Positions 27,571-36,133 of a DNA stretch of 64,000 nt are shown here, piece after piece; within the stretch, counting starts at the first letter, position 1; each line of letters begins with the position of its first letter. Under the pieces are notes generated by a model. It saw only the letters and a program-made list of their open reading frames with translations. It did not search any database and was not told the origin of the DNA. Position numbers and translations under genes: made by a program. The stretch covers positions 6,066 to 70,065 of the forward strand of contig CAXMQS010000074.1 in the NCBI GenBank assembly GCA_964195995.1. Direction: 5' to 3'. The stretch is from an uncultured Acidimicrobiia bacterium (lineage in GTDB: Bacteria > Actinomycetota > Acidimicrobiia > Spongiisociales > JAOTWH01).

Positions 27571-30500
27571 CTAGTCCTTGAGGACGAGACCTTTGTAGGA
27601 AGTGCGAAAGCCGGCCTCGGTGAGCAGCTTCCCAAGCGGGCTCTCAGTAACCCGCTGCCCGTCGACGAGTTCCAGCTCCATCCGTCGCAGGTTGCGCCGC
27701 GCCAGGTCGGCGATGGCTCCGGCAACTGCACGCAGCTGGTCGTCGTCAGTGGAGAACGTCACGACGCGACGGCCGCCCCGCTCGACGAATGCGGCCAACG
27801 CGCCTTCGACGAGAATCACGTAGGCGCCACTCCGCCGGCCAACATTGCCGTCGGGCCAAGCGATGGCATTCCCATAGGGGTTGGCGGGATCGGCGGCTGC
27901 AAGGACGACGGTTCCGGTCTCGGCGATGCGCCGAACGCGATCGAGAGCTCCTGGGATCGAGAACTGAGCGCCTCCCAAGCCCTCGACGAAGTACCCGCGT
28001 CGCACCTTGCCTGCGTCTTCCATCGCTCGCAGCACCGGGTAGAGGCCGGAGAAGCCCCCGACTACCCCCTCGGAAAGCACGGCGTCCCTTGTGAGAATAC
28101 CGTGGCGCTCGAGCAGTTGGTTGGCGATGGCCGCGGCCTTTTCGGTGTCGGTCGGGGTCGTGGTGATGAGGTCGGACACCAGATACCAGCGACCCGAGGC
28201 TGCAGGCGGACTCGTGGCCGAGGGGAGACGCAGCCGCCGGCCTGTGCTGCGCACCCTGCCCCACAGGAAGGCTCTCACCGGGGCGAAGGTGTCGTTGGTC
28301 ACCTCTCCCGACCAGACCAGGTCCCACAGGGCATCGATGACGAGCTGCTGGTCACCGCCGCCGGCAGCTGTGTACAGATCTCTGAAGAAGGATGCTCCGC
28401 GGTCGGCGAGGTAGCTACGCAGCTTGGTGTGGATCGCCGACTCGGGTGATTCGGGGGCGGACGGGGGAGCGAGGAGGGCGATCTGATCTGGGAGGTACAG
28501 CGACACGCGTCCGTCTTTGGCTCCGATGGAGCCGCGCCCCACCCACACCAGCTCACCGGACGCGCAAAGCTGGTCGAGCTCGTCGGGGGAGTAGCTCATG
28601 CGGCCGGCGAGAACGTCCCCTTCGAGGATCGATGCTGGGATCGACGCCCCCTGCAACGTGCGGACGATCTCAACGAGGCGGTGGCCACCGCTTGCCCTGG
28701 ACCCGACGCCTTGCCACTGGGGGACCAAGCGAGCGAGCGCTGCAGCAGGGACTGCCTCCGCCTCGCTTCGCAGCACCGCAAGTGAGCGGCGCCGGATGCG
28801 ACGGAGCACTTCGACCTCACACCACTCCTTGTCTGTGCCGTTGGGGCGGAAGGCTCCGACGACGACGCGGCCCTCTGCAGTGAGCCTGTCGAGGGTCGTA
28901 GTGATGACCGCGTCTGCAAGGCCGAGAGCTGCGGCCGCCTCGGAAGTTGTGAACGGGGCATGGGTCCTGGCATAGCGCCCGACGACGTCACCAAGCGGAT
29001 CGGCCACGCTGTCGGCGAACTCCAGTGGTATCCCTTGAGGAATGGCGACGCCCAAAGCGTCGCGCAGGCGCGAGGCATCCTCCGCTGCCGCCCAGCGCCC
29101 GGGCAACGCCCCGAGCTCGAAGGCCCGGCCGGCCCCAACGAGGGCATCGAGGTCGGAGGCAGCCTCGAGCGGACTCACGACCCTCGCCTCGATCTCATCG
29201 GTAGTCAGCGGCCCAAGGTGACGGAGGAGATCGTGGATGCCGTCGGCGCCGCGTGCTCTTCTCTCGGGAGCAAGGCGTTGCAGCTCGAGCTCGACGCTTG
29301 CGATGGCGTCGGGGTCGAGCAGAGAGCGCAACTCGGGCTCCCCAAGCAGCTCAGCCAACAGCTCCCTGTCGAGCGTTAGGGCTGTCGCCTTCCTCTCGGC
29401 GACGGGGGAGTCGTACTCGTACATGAAGGTGGCGATGAAGTCGAAGAGCAGCGACGCCGCGAATGGGCTCGGTCGGTCGCTCTCGACATCGACAACGCGA
29501 ATGCGGCGCGCCGTGATGTCGCCGAGGACCGACCTGGTGGCGGGGAGGTCGAAGTGATCCTGGAGAACCTCTCGGTAGGCCTCAAGGACGATGGGGAAGG
29601 ACCCGTACTTGCGCGCCACGCTCAGCAGGTCCGACGACTTCCTTCGCTGCAGCCACAAGGGAGTCCGCTTGTCTGGACCCCTGCGCGGCAGCAGCAGGGC
29701 CCGAGCCGCAGCCTCACGAAAGCGCGATGCGAACAGCGTGCTCTCCGCTACCTCGGCGGTGACAAGCTCCTCGATCTCGTCGGCATCCACCAGCAGCGCC
29801 GATGTGTCGGGTGGTGCATCCGCATCCGGGAAGCGGAAGATGATGCCGTCGTCGGTCCACAAGCCATCGGCGTCTATGCCGTGCTCGAGGCGCATCTTGC
29901 GCGAGGCGGCGAGCGCCCACGGCGCGTGAACCCTGGCTCCCAACGGCGACAGGAGGACCATGCGCCAGTCACCGATCTCGTCGCGGAACCTCTGTATGAC
30001 CAGTGTGCGATCGCTGGGAACAGTGCCGGTGGCTGCCTTCTCATCGGCGATGTAGGCGGCCAGGTTGCGGGCGGCCAGCTCGTCCAGGCGGTAGCGGCTG
30101 GTGAGGATGTGCTCGGCCTTGGCTTGATCCTCGCCGGCCAGCTCGCGCAGGAATTGACCCAGCGCCTGTCCCAGTTCGAGGGGACGACCGGGAGCGTCGC
30201 CGTGCCAGAAAGGGAGGCGGGGGGAAGACCCGGCCGGCGCGGGCGCCACGATGACTCGGTCGTGGTCGATCTCGGTGATCTGCCAGGTAGAAGACCCGAG
30301 GAGGAAGACGTCGCCGGGCCTCGACTCGTAGACCATCTCCTCGTCGAGTTCTCCCACCTTTCCTCCCTCGGGGAGCACGACTCGATAGAGCCCGCGGTCG
30401 GGGATGGTGCCGGGGTTGGTTACGGCAAGCAGGTGAGCACCCGGCCGCGGAGCCAAGGTGTTGTTGATGCGATCCCATGTGATACGAGGGCGCAGCTCGG

Positions 30501-31923
30501 CGAACTCGTCCGACGGGTAGCGCCCGGAGAGCATGTCGAGCGTCGCCTCGTACGGCCCCCGCCCCAGCTCGGAGTAGGGGGCTGCTCTTCGCACCAGATC
30601 GAAGAGGTCGTCGACATCCCAGGGGTCCATCGCCACCGCCGCCACGATCTGTTGGGCGAGAACATCGAGCGGATTACGCGGGACGGTCGTCGACTCGATA
30701 GCGCCCGCGTACATGCGGTCGACGACGACCGCCGCCTCGAGAAGGTCATTGCGATGCTTGGGGAAGAGGCGGGCCCTGCTGGGGGCGCCAACCTGATGAC
30801 CGGCCCGGCCGACGCGCTGCATGGCGCTGGCAACGCTCGGCGGCGTCTCGACCATGATCACCATGTCGACCGCAGCCATGTCTATGCCAAGTTCGAGGGT
30901 CGAGGTTGCGACGACGCACTTGATGTCCCCGCGCTTCAGCTTGTCTTCGATGTCGAGGCGCTGCTCTCTCGACACCGAGCCGTGATGAGCGCGCGCCACC
31001 TCATCGCCGGCGAGGTCGTTCAACTGACGGGCAATACGTTCTGCGATGCCGCGGCTGTTGGCGAAGACGATCGTCGACCTGTTGGCGTTTATGAGCTCGA
31101 GGAGTTTGTCGTACATCGTTGGCCAGATCGATCTGGCAGCGGGCTCCCCGGGTGTTGACCGTCCGGCAGCGGGATCCGTCATATCACCAACGGGGACCAC
31201 CACCTCGACGTCGAGCTCTTTGTCCTTGGGGGAGTCGACGATGACGACAGGGCGCGGCTCCCAGGCTTCATCGGTGGTGACACCACCACCGATGAATCGG
31301 GCTATCTCGGAGAGGGGGCGTTGCGTTGCGGAAAGCCCGATGCGTTGTGGAGCGTCGGCGAGCTCCTCGAGGCGCTCGAGGGAAAGGGAGAGGTGCACCC
31401 CGCGCTTGGTGCCGGCGACCGCATGGACCTCGTCGAGTATGACCCACTGCACGGACCCCAGCGTCTCTCGTACTCTGGACGTGAGCATGAGATAGAGAGA
31501 CTCGGGCGTCGTGATGAGAACATCAGGCGGATGGGTGTGCAGACGGCGTCGTTCCTGCTGTGGGGTATCTCCGGTCCTCATCCCAACTCGGATCTCTGGA
31601 AGGGAGACGCCCTCCCGTGCGGCGGCGTTGGCGATGCCGACGAGTGGCGCTCTCAAGTTGCGCTCGATGTCGTAGGCGAGAGCCTTGAGCGGTGAGACAT
31701 AGAGGAGACGCGTCCTCTCCTCCGTCGTCGGATCTGCGAATAGCTGGTCGATGCCCCATAAGAAGGCGGCGAGGGTCTTCCCTGACCCGGTCGGAGCGTG
31801 GATGAGTGTGTGCGAGCCCTCGGCGATGGCAGTCCATCCGCTCGTCTGGGCGGGCGTCGGGGCAGCGAACGTGGTCGAGAACCAGGCCCGCGTCGCGTCC
31901 GTGAAGAGTTCGAGGTTGCTCAC
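27571..31923 (-). CDS. lhr: Lhr-family large ATP-dependent DNA helicase (1450 aa)
   Basis: The gene has a GTG start. Motifs are FAAPTPAQ...APTGSGKTLAAFL, DEVH and VATSTLELGIDM. The long Lhr-specific C-terminal extension is present. Confidence 0.88.
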   Translation of the reverse strand: MSNLELFTDATRAWFSTTFAAPTPAQTSGWTAIAEGSHTLIHAPTGSGKTLAAFLWGIDQLFADPTTEERTRLLYVSPLKALAYDIERNLRAPLVGIANAAAREGVSLPEIRVGMRTGDTPQQERRRLHTHPPDVLITTPESLYLMLTSRVRETLGSVQWVILDEVHAVAGTKRGVHLSLSLERLEELADAPQRIGLSATQRPLSEIARFIGGGVTTDEAWEPRPVVIVDSPKDKELDVEVVVPVGDMTDPAAGRSTPGEPAARSIWPTMYDKLLELINANRSTIVFANSRGIAERIARQLNDLAGDEVARAHHGSVSREQRLDIEDKLKRGDIKCVVATSTLELGIDMAAVDMVIMVETPPSVASAMQRVGRAGHQVGAPSRARLFPKHRNDLLEAAVVVDRMYAGAIESTTVPRNPLDVLAQQIVAAVAMDPWDVDDLFDLVRRAAPYSELGRGPYEATLDMLSGRYPSDEFAELRPRITWDRINNTLAPRPGAHLLAVTNPGTIPDRGLYRVVLPEGGKVGELDEEMVYESRPGDVFLLGSSTWQITEIDHDRVIVAPAPAGSSPRLPFWHGDAPGRPLELGQALGQFLRELAGEDQAKAEHILTSRYRLDELAARNLAAYIADEKAATGTVPSDRTLVIQRFRDEIGDWRMVLLSPLGARVHAPWALAASRKMRLEHGIDADGLWTDDGIIFRFPDADAPPDTSALLVDADEIEELVTAEVAESTLFASRFREAAARALLLPRRGPDKRTPLWLQRRKSSDLLSVARKYGSFPIVLEAYREVLQDHFDLPATRSVLGDITARRIRVVDVESDRPSPFAASLLFDFIATFMYEYDSPVAERKATALTLDRELLAELLGEPELRSLLDPDAIASVELELQRLAPERRARGADGIHDLLRHLGPLTTDEIEARVVSPLEAASDLDALVGAGRAFELGALPGRWAAAEDASRLRDALGVAIPQGIPLEFADSVADPLGDVVGRYARTHAPFTTSEAAAALGLADAVITTTLDRLTAEGRVVVGAFRPNGTDKEWCEVEVLRRIRRRSLAVLRSEAEAVPAAALARLVPQWQGVGSRASGGHRLVEIVRTLQGASIPASILEGDVLAGRMSYSPDELDQLCASGELVWVGRGSIGAKDGRVSLYLPDQIALLAPPSAPESPESAIHTKLRSYLADRGASFFRDLYTAAGGGDQQLVIDALWDLVWSGEVTNDTFAPVRAFLWGRVRSTGRRLRLPSATSPPAASGRWYLVSDLITTTPTDTEKAAAIANQLLERHGILTRDAVLSEGVVGGFSGLYPVLRAMEDAGKVRRGYFVEGLGGAQFSIPGALDRVRRIAETGTVVLAAADPANPYGNAIAWPDGNVGRRSGAYVILVEGALAAFVERGGRRVVTFSTDDDQLRAVAGAIADLARRNLRRMELELVDGQRVTESPLGKLLTEAGFRTSYKGLVLKD

Positions 31924-31957
31924 GACGACGAGGGTAGACCGGTGGAGGGACTGCGTT

Positions 31958-32908
31958 TCAGGCGACGCGGCGCAGGAGGTGTCTCTCCAAGACGTTCCAC
32001 ACCTCGGGGTCCGCTAGTCCGGACCGCAGGGACCGAAGCGTGTGGAAGAACGACGGGATAGCACCATCTGGCGACATCGGGTTGGCTCGCATTTCTTCGA
32101 GCTCCTGGTGCGACGGCGTTAGCACCAGGGTTTCGCAGTGTGGCCAGATGGCGGCGATGCGCTCGATCTCCTCTTCGAGGGCTGCGCTGCCCGCTCGATC
32201 GATGAGGGGCTCGTAGAAGTGGCGGTTGGGGCGGGCGTGCGGCAGCGCCATGGGTGCGACGACGATGACGAGGTCGAGGGGATCGGGGTTGCCCAGGATG
32301 AGGTCGGCGCTTGTGCCCGAGGCAACGCCACCGTCGAGGTAGAGGCGTCCATCTATGAGGTGAGGCTGGTAGACAAGAGGGACGGCACACGACGCGGCGA
32401 CCGCATCGGCCAGTGAGGCGTCGGGTGCTTCCTCCGTGCCGAAAGCGACGCGATGGCCGTGCTCGAGGTCGTAGGCGACGATGACCGTCGGCCGGGTCGG
32501 CCACGGTGTTGCCCCCTGGAAGTCGGACTCGGTCCACTCGGCGATGCCATCGACCCGGAACGGCGCCGGGCCTCCCAAGGCGAAACTGAGTCCGGGATGT
32601 CGGATGCCCCGCAACAAGCCGTGGCGCGCCCACGAACGAAGGTGGCGCGGCCAGCCACGACGAAACACGATGGATCGAAGTCGCTCGGAGTAGTCGTGGA
32701 TGCCCTCGGAATCTCCGACGACGGTCTCGATGGAGAGTCCCGGCCCCCTCAGCATGGCCGAGACGACGGCGCCCCCCGAGGTACCGATGACGACATCAGC
32801 CTCAGCGGCGTCCCAGCCAGTGGCAGCCTCGATAGCGAGGAGTGTCGCGATCTGATGGGCGGCTCCGGTAACGCCGCCTCCACCGAGTACAAGGCCGATC
32901 TTGCTCAC
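31958..32908 (-). CDS. Patatin-like phospholipase
   Basis: The motifs GLVLGGGGVTGAAH (oxyanion) and GTSGGA (G-x-S-x-G) are present, with a later DGG Asp. Confidence 0.85.
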   Translation of the reverse strand: MSKIGLVLGGGGVTGAAHQIATLLAIEAATGWDAAEADVVIGTSGGAVVSAMLRGPGLSIETVVGDSEGIHDYSERLRSIVFRRGWPRHLRSWARHGLLRGIRHPGLSFALGGPAPFRVDGIAEWTESDFQGATPWPTRPTVIVAYDLEHGHRVAFGTEEAPDASLADAVAASCAVPLVYQPHLIDGRLYLDGGVASGTSADLILGNPDPLDLVIVVAPMALPHARPNRHFYEPLIDRAGSAALEEEIERIAAIWPHCETLVLTPSHQELEEMRANPMSPDGAIPSFFHTLRSLRSGLADPEVWNVLERHLLRRVA

Positions 32909-32926
32909 GGCGAGGAAGCCTATGGG

Positions 32927-33112
32927 CTACCCAAACACCTGCCCGCATCCTGGGCACTTCTCGTCCTTCTCGGCGGTATCGGCGCGGCACCAGGGACAAG
33001 GGAGGTCGCCACCGATCGGGAGTGCTCCCGCAGCCGCCGCGCGCATGGGCCGGCGCGTGACGACGAAAGCGGCGGTGGCGATGATCCCGCCGGTGATGAG
33101 CATTTCGACCAC
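32927..33112 (-). CDS. Small membrane-anchored zinc-ribbon protein (61 aa)
   Basis: It has an N-terminal TM helix (LITGGIIATAAFVV) followed by CPWC-x10-CPGC. Codon bias matches its neighbours, and it sits 18 nt upstream of the patatin gene on the same strand. Confidence 0.5.
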   Translation of the reverse strand: MVEMLITGGIIATAAFVVTRRPMRAAAAGALPIGGDLPCPWCRADTAEKDEKCPGCGQVFG

Positions 33113-33210
33113 GTTCTTCCTCCTCGCAAGGTCGCGCGGAGAGTATTAGCCGAGGTGGTCATAGTGGTGGATTTCGCGACCACGCCTCAGGTCACGGAAA
33201 CGAGGTCCGA

Positions 33211-34080
33211 TCAGACTGGCGTCTTGGACCCGGTGACGGCGCGTCGTAGCTCGTCGATGAGATAGGAGAGGTCATCGAGGCGACCCTTGATCCGGTTCTC
33301 GGACTCGTAGACCAACATCATCCCGGCGTGGTACACGGTCCACCGGTCGAGCTGGGCCGGATCCATGGCGGCTCCATATCCCTCTGCGAAGGAACTCGCT
33401 GCTGCGTGCCCGGACTCCAGACTGAGCAGCCACAGTGCCCTCGATAGGTCCCACTCGATGGGAGCCAGCGTCGCCCACTCCCAGTTGATGAGAGTGACGT
33501 CACCCGAGTCATTGACCAGGAAGTTGTCCGGTGATGGGTTGGTGTGGGCTACCCGCGGCGGAGAGGCGAACGGAGGGCGAACCCCCCGGGCCTCATCGAG
33601 CAGCTCGGCTGAGATCTCGAGGCGTCCTCGGTAGCGCTCCAACCGCTTGAAGGTGGAGATGAAGTCGACCGTTACCCATTCCTGGTCTATGCCACGCGCC
33701 AGATTGGTCATATCTGAGGCGTCAGACTCGTGGACGGCCCGCAGGACGGTGCCCGCCCGCTTCGCCAGCGACAGGTTCTCAGGAAGGCTGTTGAGGCTCC
33801 AGCTCCCGGCATCCTGGAATACTGCCCAGTGCAACTCGCCATCGGCGCCCCTATCGAGCACCTTGGGTAGCCCCTCGGCATCCTTGAGAACCTGGAGGGC
33901 ATGGCGTTCCCGGCGTTCGCGACTCGCCGACCCGTAGGCCTTGAGGATGCGAGTGCTGTTGTCGGTCCAGAGACGGAAGGTGCGGTTGGATCCAACAGCG
34001 CGATCGCTGCCGGACGACAGCTCCTGCACCCGCCCGCCCTTGGCGATCTTCGCCACCAGCTCGTTTACGTCCATACCCAT
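33211..34080 (-). CDS. Aminoglycoside/choline-kinase-type phosphotransferase (APH fold)
   Basis: This uses the frame of ORF 33211..34179. ATG 34080 or 34074 avoids overlap with the thrS start. VAHTNPSPDNFLV (catalytic-loop-like) and TLINWEWATLAPIEWDL (the position of the D-x-E/D motif) are APH-like, but the catalytic H-x-D is HTNPSPDN-type and so atypical. Confidence 0.65.
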   Translation of the reverse strand: MGMDVNELVAKIAKGGRVQELSSGSDRAVGSNRTFRLWTDNSTRILKAYGSASRERRERHALQVLKDAEGLPKVLDRGADGELHWAVFQDAGSWSLNSLPENLSLAKRAGTVLRAVHESDASDMTNLARGIDQEWVTVDFISTFKRLERYRGRLEISAELLDEARGVRPPFASPPRVAHTNPSPDNFLVNDSGDVTLINWEWATLAPIEWDLSRALWLLSLESGHAAASSFAEGYGAAMDPAQLDRWTVYHAGMMLVYESENRIKGRLDDLSYLIDELRRAVTGSKTPV

Positions 34081-34143
34081 GCAGTGTATTGGCCCGCGGG
34101 ACGCTCCGTGGTCAGGTTGAGGCGCCCGGTAACCTGCCGCTTC

Positions 34144-36075
34144 ATGATCGAACTGACCTACCCCGACGGTTCCAACCACAACTTCGATGACGGGACTACC
34201 GGTCTTGCCGTTGCCGAGTCGATAGGGCCGCGCCTCGCATCGGCCGCCGTTGCGGTCAAACTGGATGGCGAGATCCTGGATCTCGGTCGCCCTCTGACCT
34301 GGGGCGGCGTCTTCGAGGTGATTCTGGCAAACAGCGACGATGGCCGATCAGTCCTGCGTCACTCGTCAGCCCACGTTCTCGCCCAGGCGGTTCTTGACCT
34401 ATTCCAGGGCGCCAGCTTCGCCATCGGTCCGGCCATCACCGACGGCTTCTATTACGACTTCGATGTCGGCCGGCCTTTCACCCCAGAGGATCTCGATGCC
34501 ATCGAGATCCGGATGGCCGAGATCATCGAGACGGATCAACCCTTCGTGCGCGACGAGGTGTCGAAGACGGAGGCGCTTGAGCTCTTCGCGGATCAGCCGT
34601 TCAAGATGGAGATCATCGAGGCCGTCGATGAGGCGGAAGGAGCGGGTGGCGATGTCATCACGCTCTATCGCAACAACGGTTTCGTCGATCTGTGCCGCGG
34701 CCCCCATGTTCCCTCAACGGGCCGAGTCGCAGCGGTCAAGTTGACCCGATCGGCCGGTGCCTACTGGCGCGGCGACGAGAAGCGCCCGCAGCTGCAAAGG
34801 ATCTATGGAACAGCGTGGGAGGACTCCAAGGCTCTCGCCGCCCATCTCGACCGCCTCGAGGAAGCAGCCCAGCGCGACCATCGTCGACTGGGTCCCGAAC
34901 TCGACCTCTTCTCGTTCCCGAGCGAGCTTGGTTCCGGGCTGGCACTGTGGCATCCCAAGGGTGGCATTCTCCGCTCAACCATCGAGGACTACAGCCGCCG
35001 CACCCATCAGAGGCACGACTACGAGATCGTGTTCACCCCGCACGTCGCCAAGGCGAACCTGTGGGAGACCTCAGGCCACCTTCAGTTCTACGAGGAGGGC
35101 ATGTTCCCGGAGATGGTTCTGGAGCATGGCCACCGCTACTTCGTGAAGCCGATGAACTGCCCCTTCCACATATTGATCTACAAGACCAAGGGTCGCAGCT
35201 ATCGCGAGCTGCCGCTCCGCCTCTTCGAGCTTGGTGCCGTCTACAGAAACGAGCGGTCCGGCGTCGTACACGGCTTGTTGCGCGTGCGCGGCATGACCAT
35301 GGACGACAGCCACATCTTCATCACGGAGTCTCAGCTGGCAGACGAGCTGGCCGGCCTCCTCGAATTCACGCTGATGGTGCTGCGCGATTTCGGCTTCGAG
35401 GACTTCGAGGCAGACCTATCCACCCGCGATCCGGACAAGATGATGGGAGATCCGGCGCTGTGGGACAAGGCCGAGCAGGCTCTTGCCGACGCCCTGGATA
35501 AGGCAGGCATCGGCTATGAGCACGCTGCCGGCGATGCTGCCTTCTATGGGCCGAAGATCGACGTCCACATCCGCGACGCCATCGGTCGCCGCTGGCAGAT
35601 CTCGACACTGCAAGTTGACTTCGTTCAGCCGATGAACTTCGATCTCGAGTACGCCAGCTCGGAGAACACTCGCGAACGCCCGGTCATGGTGCACCGTGCC
35701 CTCATGGGAACGATCGAGCGGTTCGTGGGCGTTCTCACCGAGCACTATGCCGGCGCTTTCCCACCCTGGTTGTCTCCGGTGCAGGTGACCGTGGTACCGG
35801 TCGCGGACAGGCACAACGACTACGCCAACGAGGTAGCCGCCAAGCTGGAAGCGAACGGCATCAGGGTCGAGGTCGACGGCGTCGACGACACTGTCGGAGA
35901 GAAGATCCGCAGGGCCGTCATCAATCACCACCCGGCCGTGCTTGTCGTTGGCGACGACGACGTTGCTGCAGACACCGTTGGTATCAGGCTACGCGGCGAA
36001 GACGACGACCGTCGTGGCATCGCGGTTGACGAGGTCGTCGCCGAGCTGAGTCGACTGGTCGCCCCGCCGCGCTGA
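34144..36075 (+). CDS. thrS: Threonine--tRNA ligase
   Basis: The ATG at 34144 (MIELTYPDGS, TGS domain) is in frame with ORF 33901. HSSAHVLAQA marks the editing domain. Class II motifs include FSFPSELGSGLALWHPKG, YRNERSG and GFYGPKID. Confidence 0.92.
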   Translation: MIELTYPDGSNHNFDDGTTGLAVAESIGPRLASAAVAVKLDGEILDLGRPLTWGGVFEVILANSDDGRSVLRHSSAHVLAQAVLDLFQGASFAIGPAITDGFYYDFDVGRPFTPEDLDAIEIRMAEIIETDQPFVRDEVSKTEALELFADQPFKMEIIEAVDEAEGAGGDVITLYRNNGFVDLCRGPHVPSTGRVAAVKLTRSAGAYWRGDEKRPQLQRIYGTAWEDSKALAAHLDRLEEAAQRDHRRLGPELDLFSFPSELGSGLALWHPKGGILRSTIEDYSRRTHQRHDYEIVFTPHVAKANLWETSGHLQFYEEGMFPEMVLEHGHRYFVKPMNCPFHILIYKTKGRSYRELPLRLFELGAVYRNERSGVVHGLLRVRGMTMDDSHIFITESQLADELAGLLEFTLMVLRDFGFEDFEADLSTRDPDKMMGDPALWDKAEQALADALDKAGIGYEHAAGDAAFYGPKIDVHIRDAIGRRWQISTLQVDFVQPMNFDLEYASSENTRERPVMVHRALMGTIERFVGVLTEHYAGAFPPWLSPVQVTVVPVADRHNDYANEVAAKLEANGIRVEVDGVDDTVGEKIRRAVINHHPAVLVVGDDDVAADTVGIRLRGEDDDRRGIAVDEVVAELSRLVAPPR

Positions 36076-36133
36076 GGTTGATTCGGGCCTTGCCCGTCGT
36101 AGGCTTCCGGCTCGCTGCGCCGTCGGAGGATCC

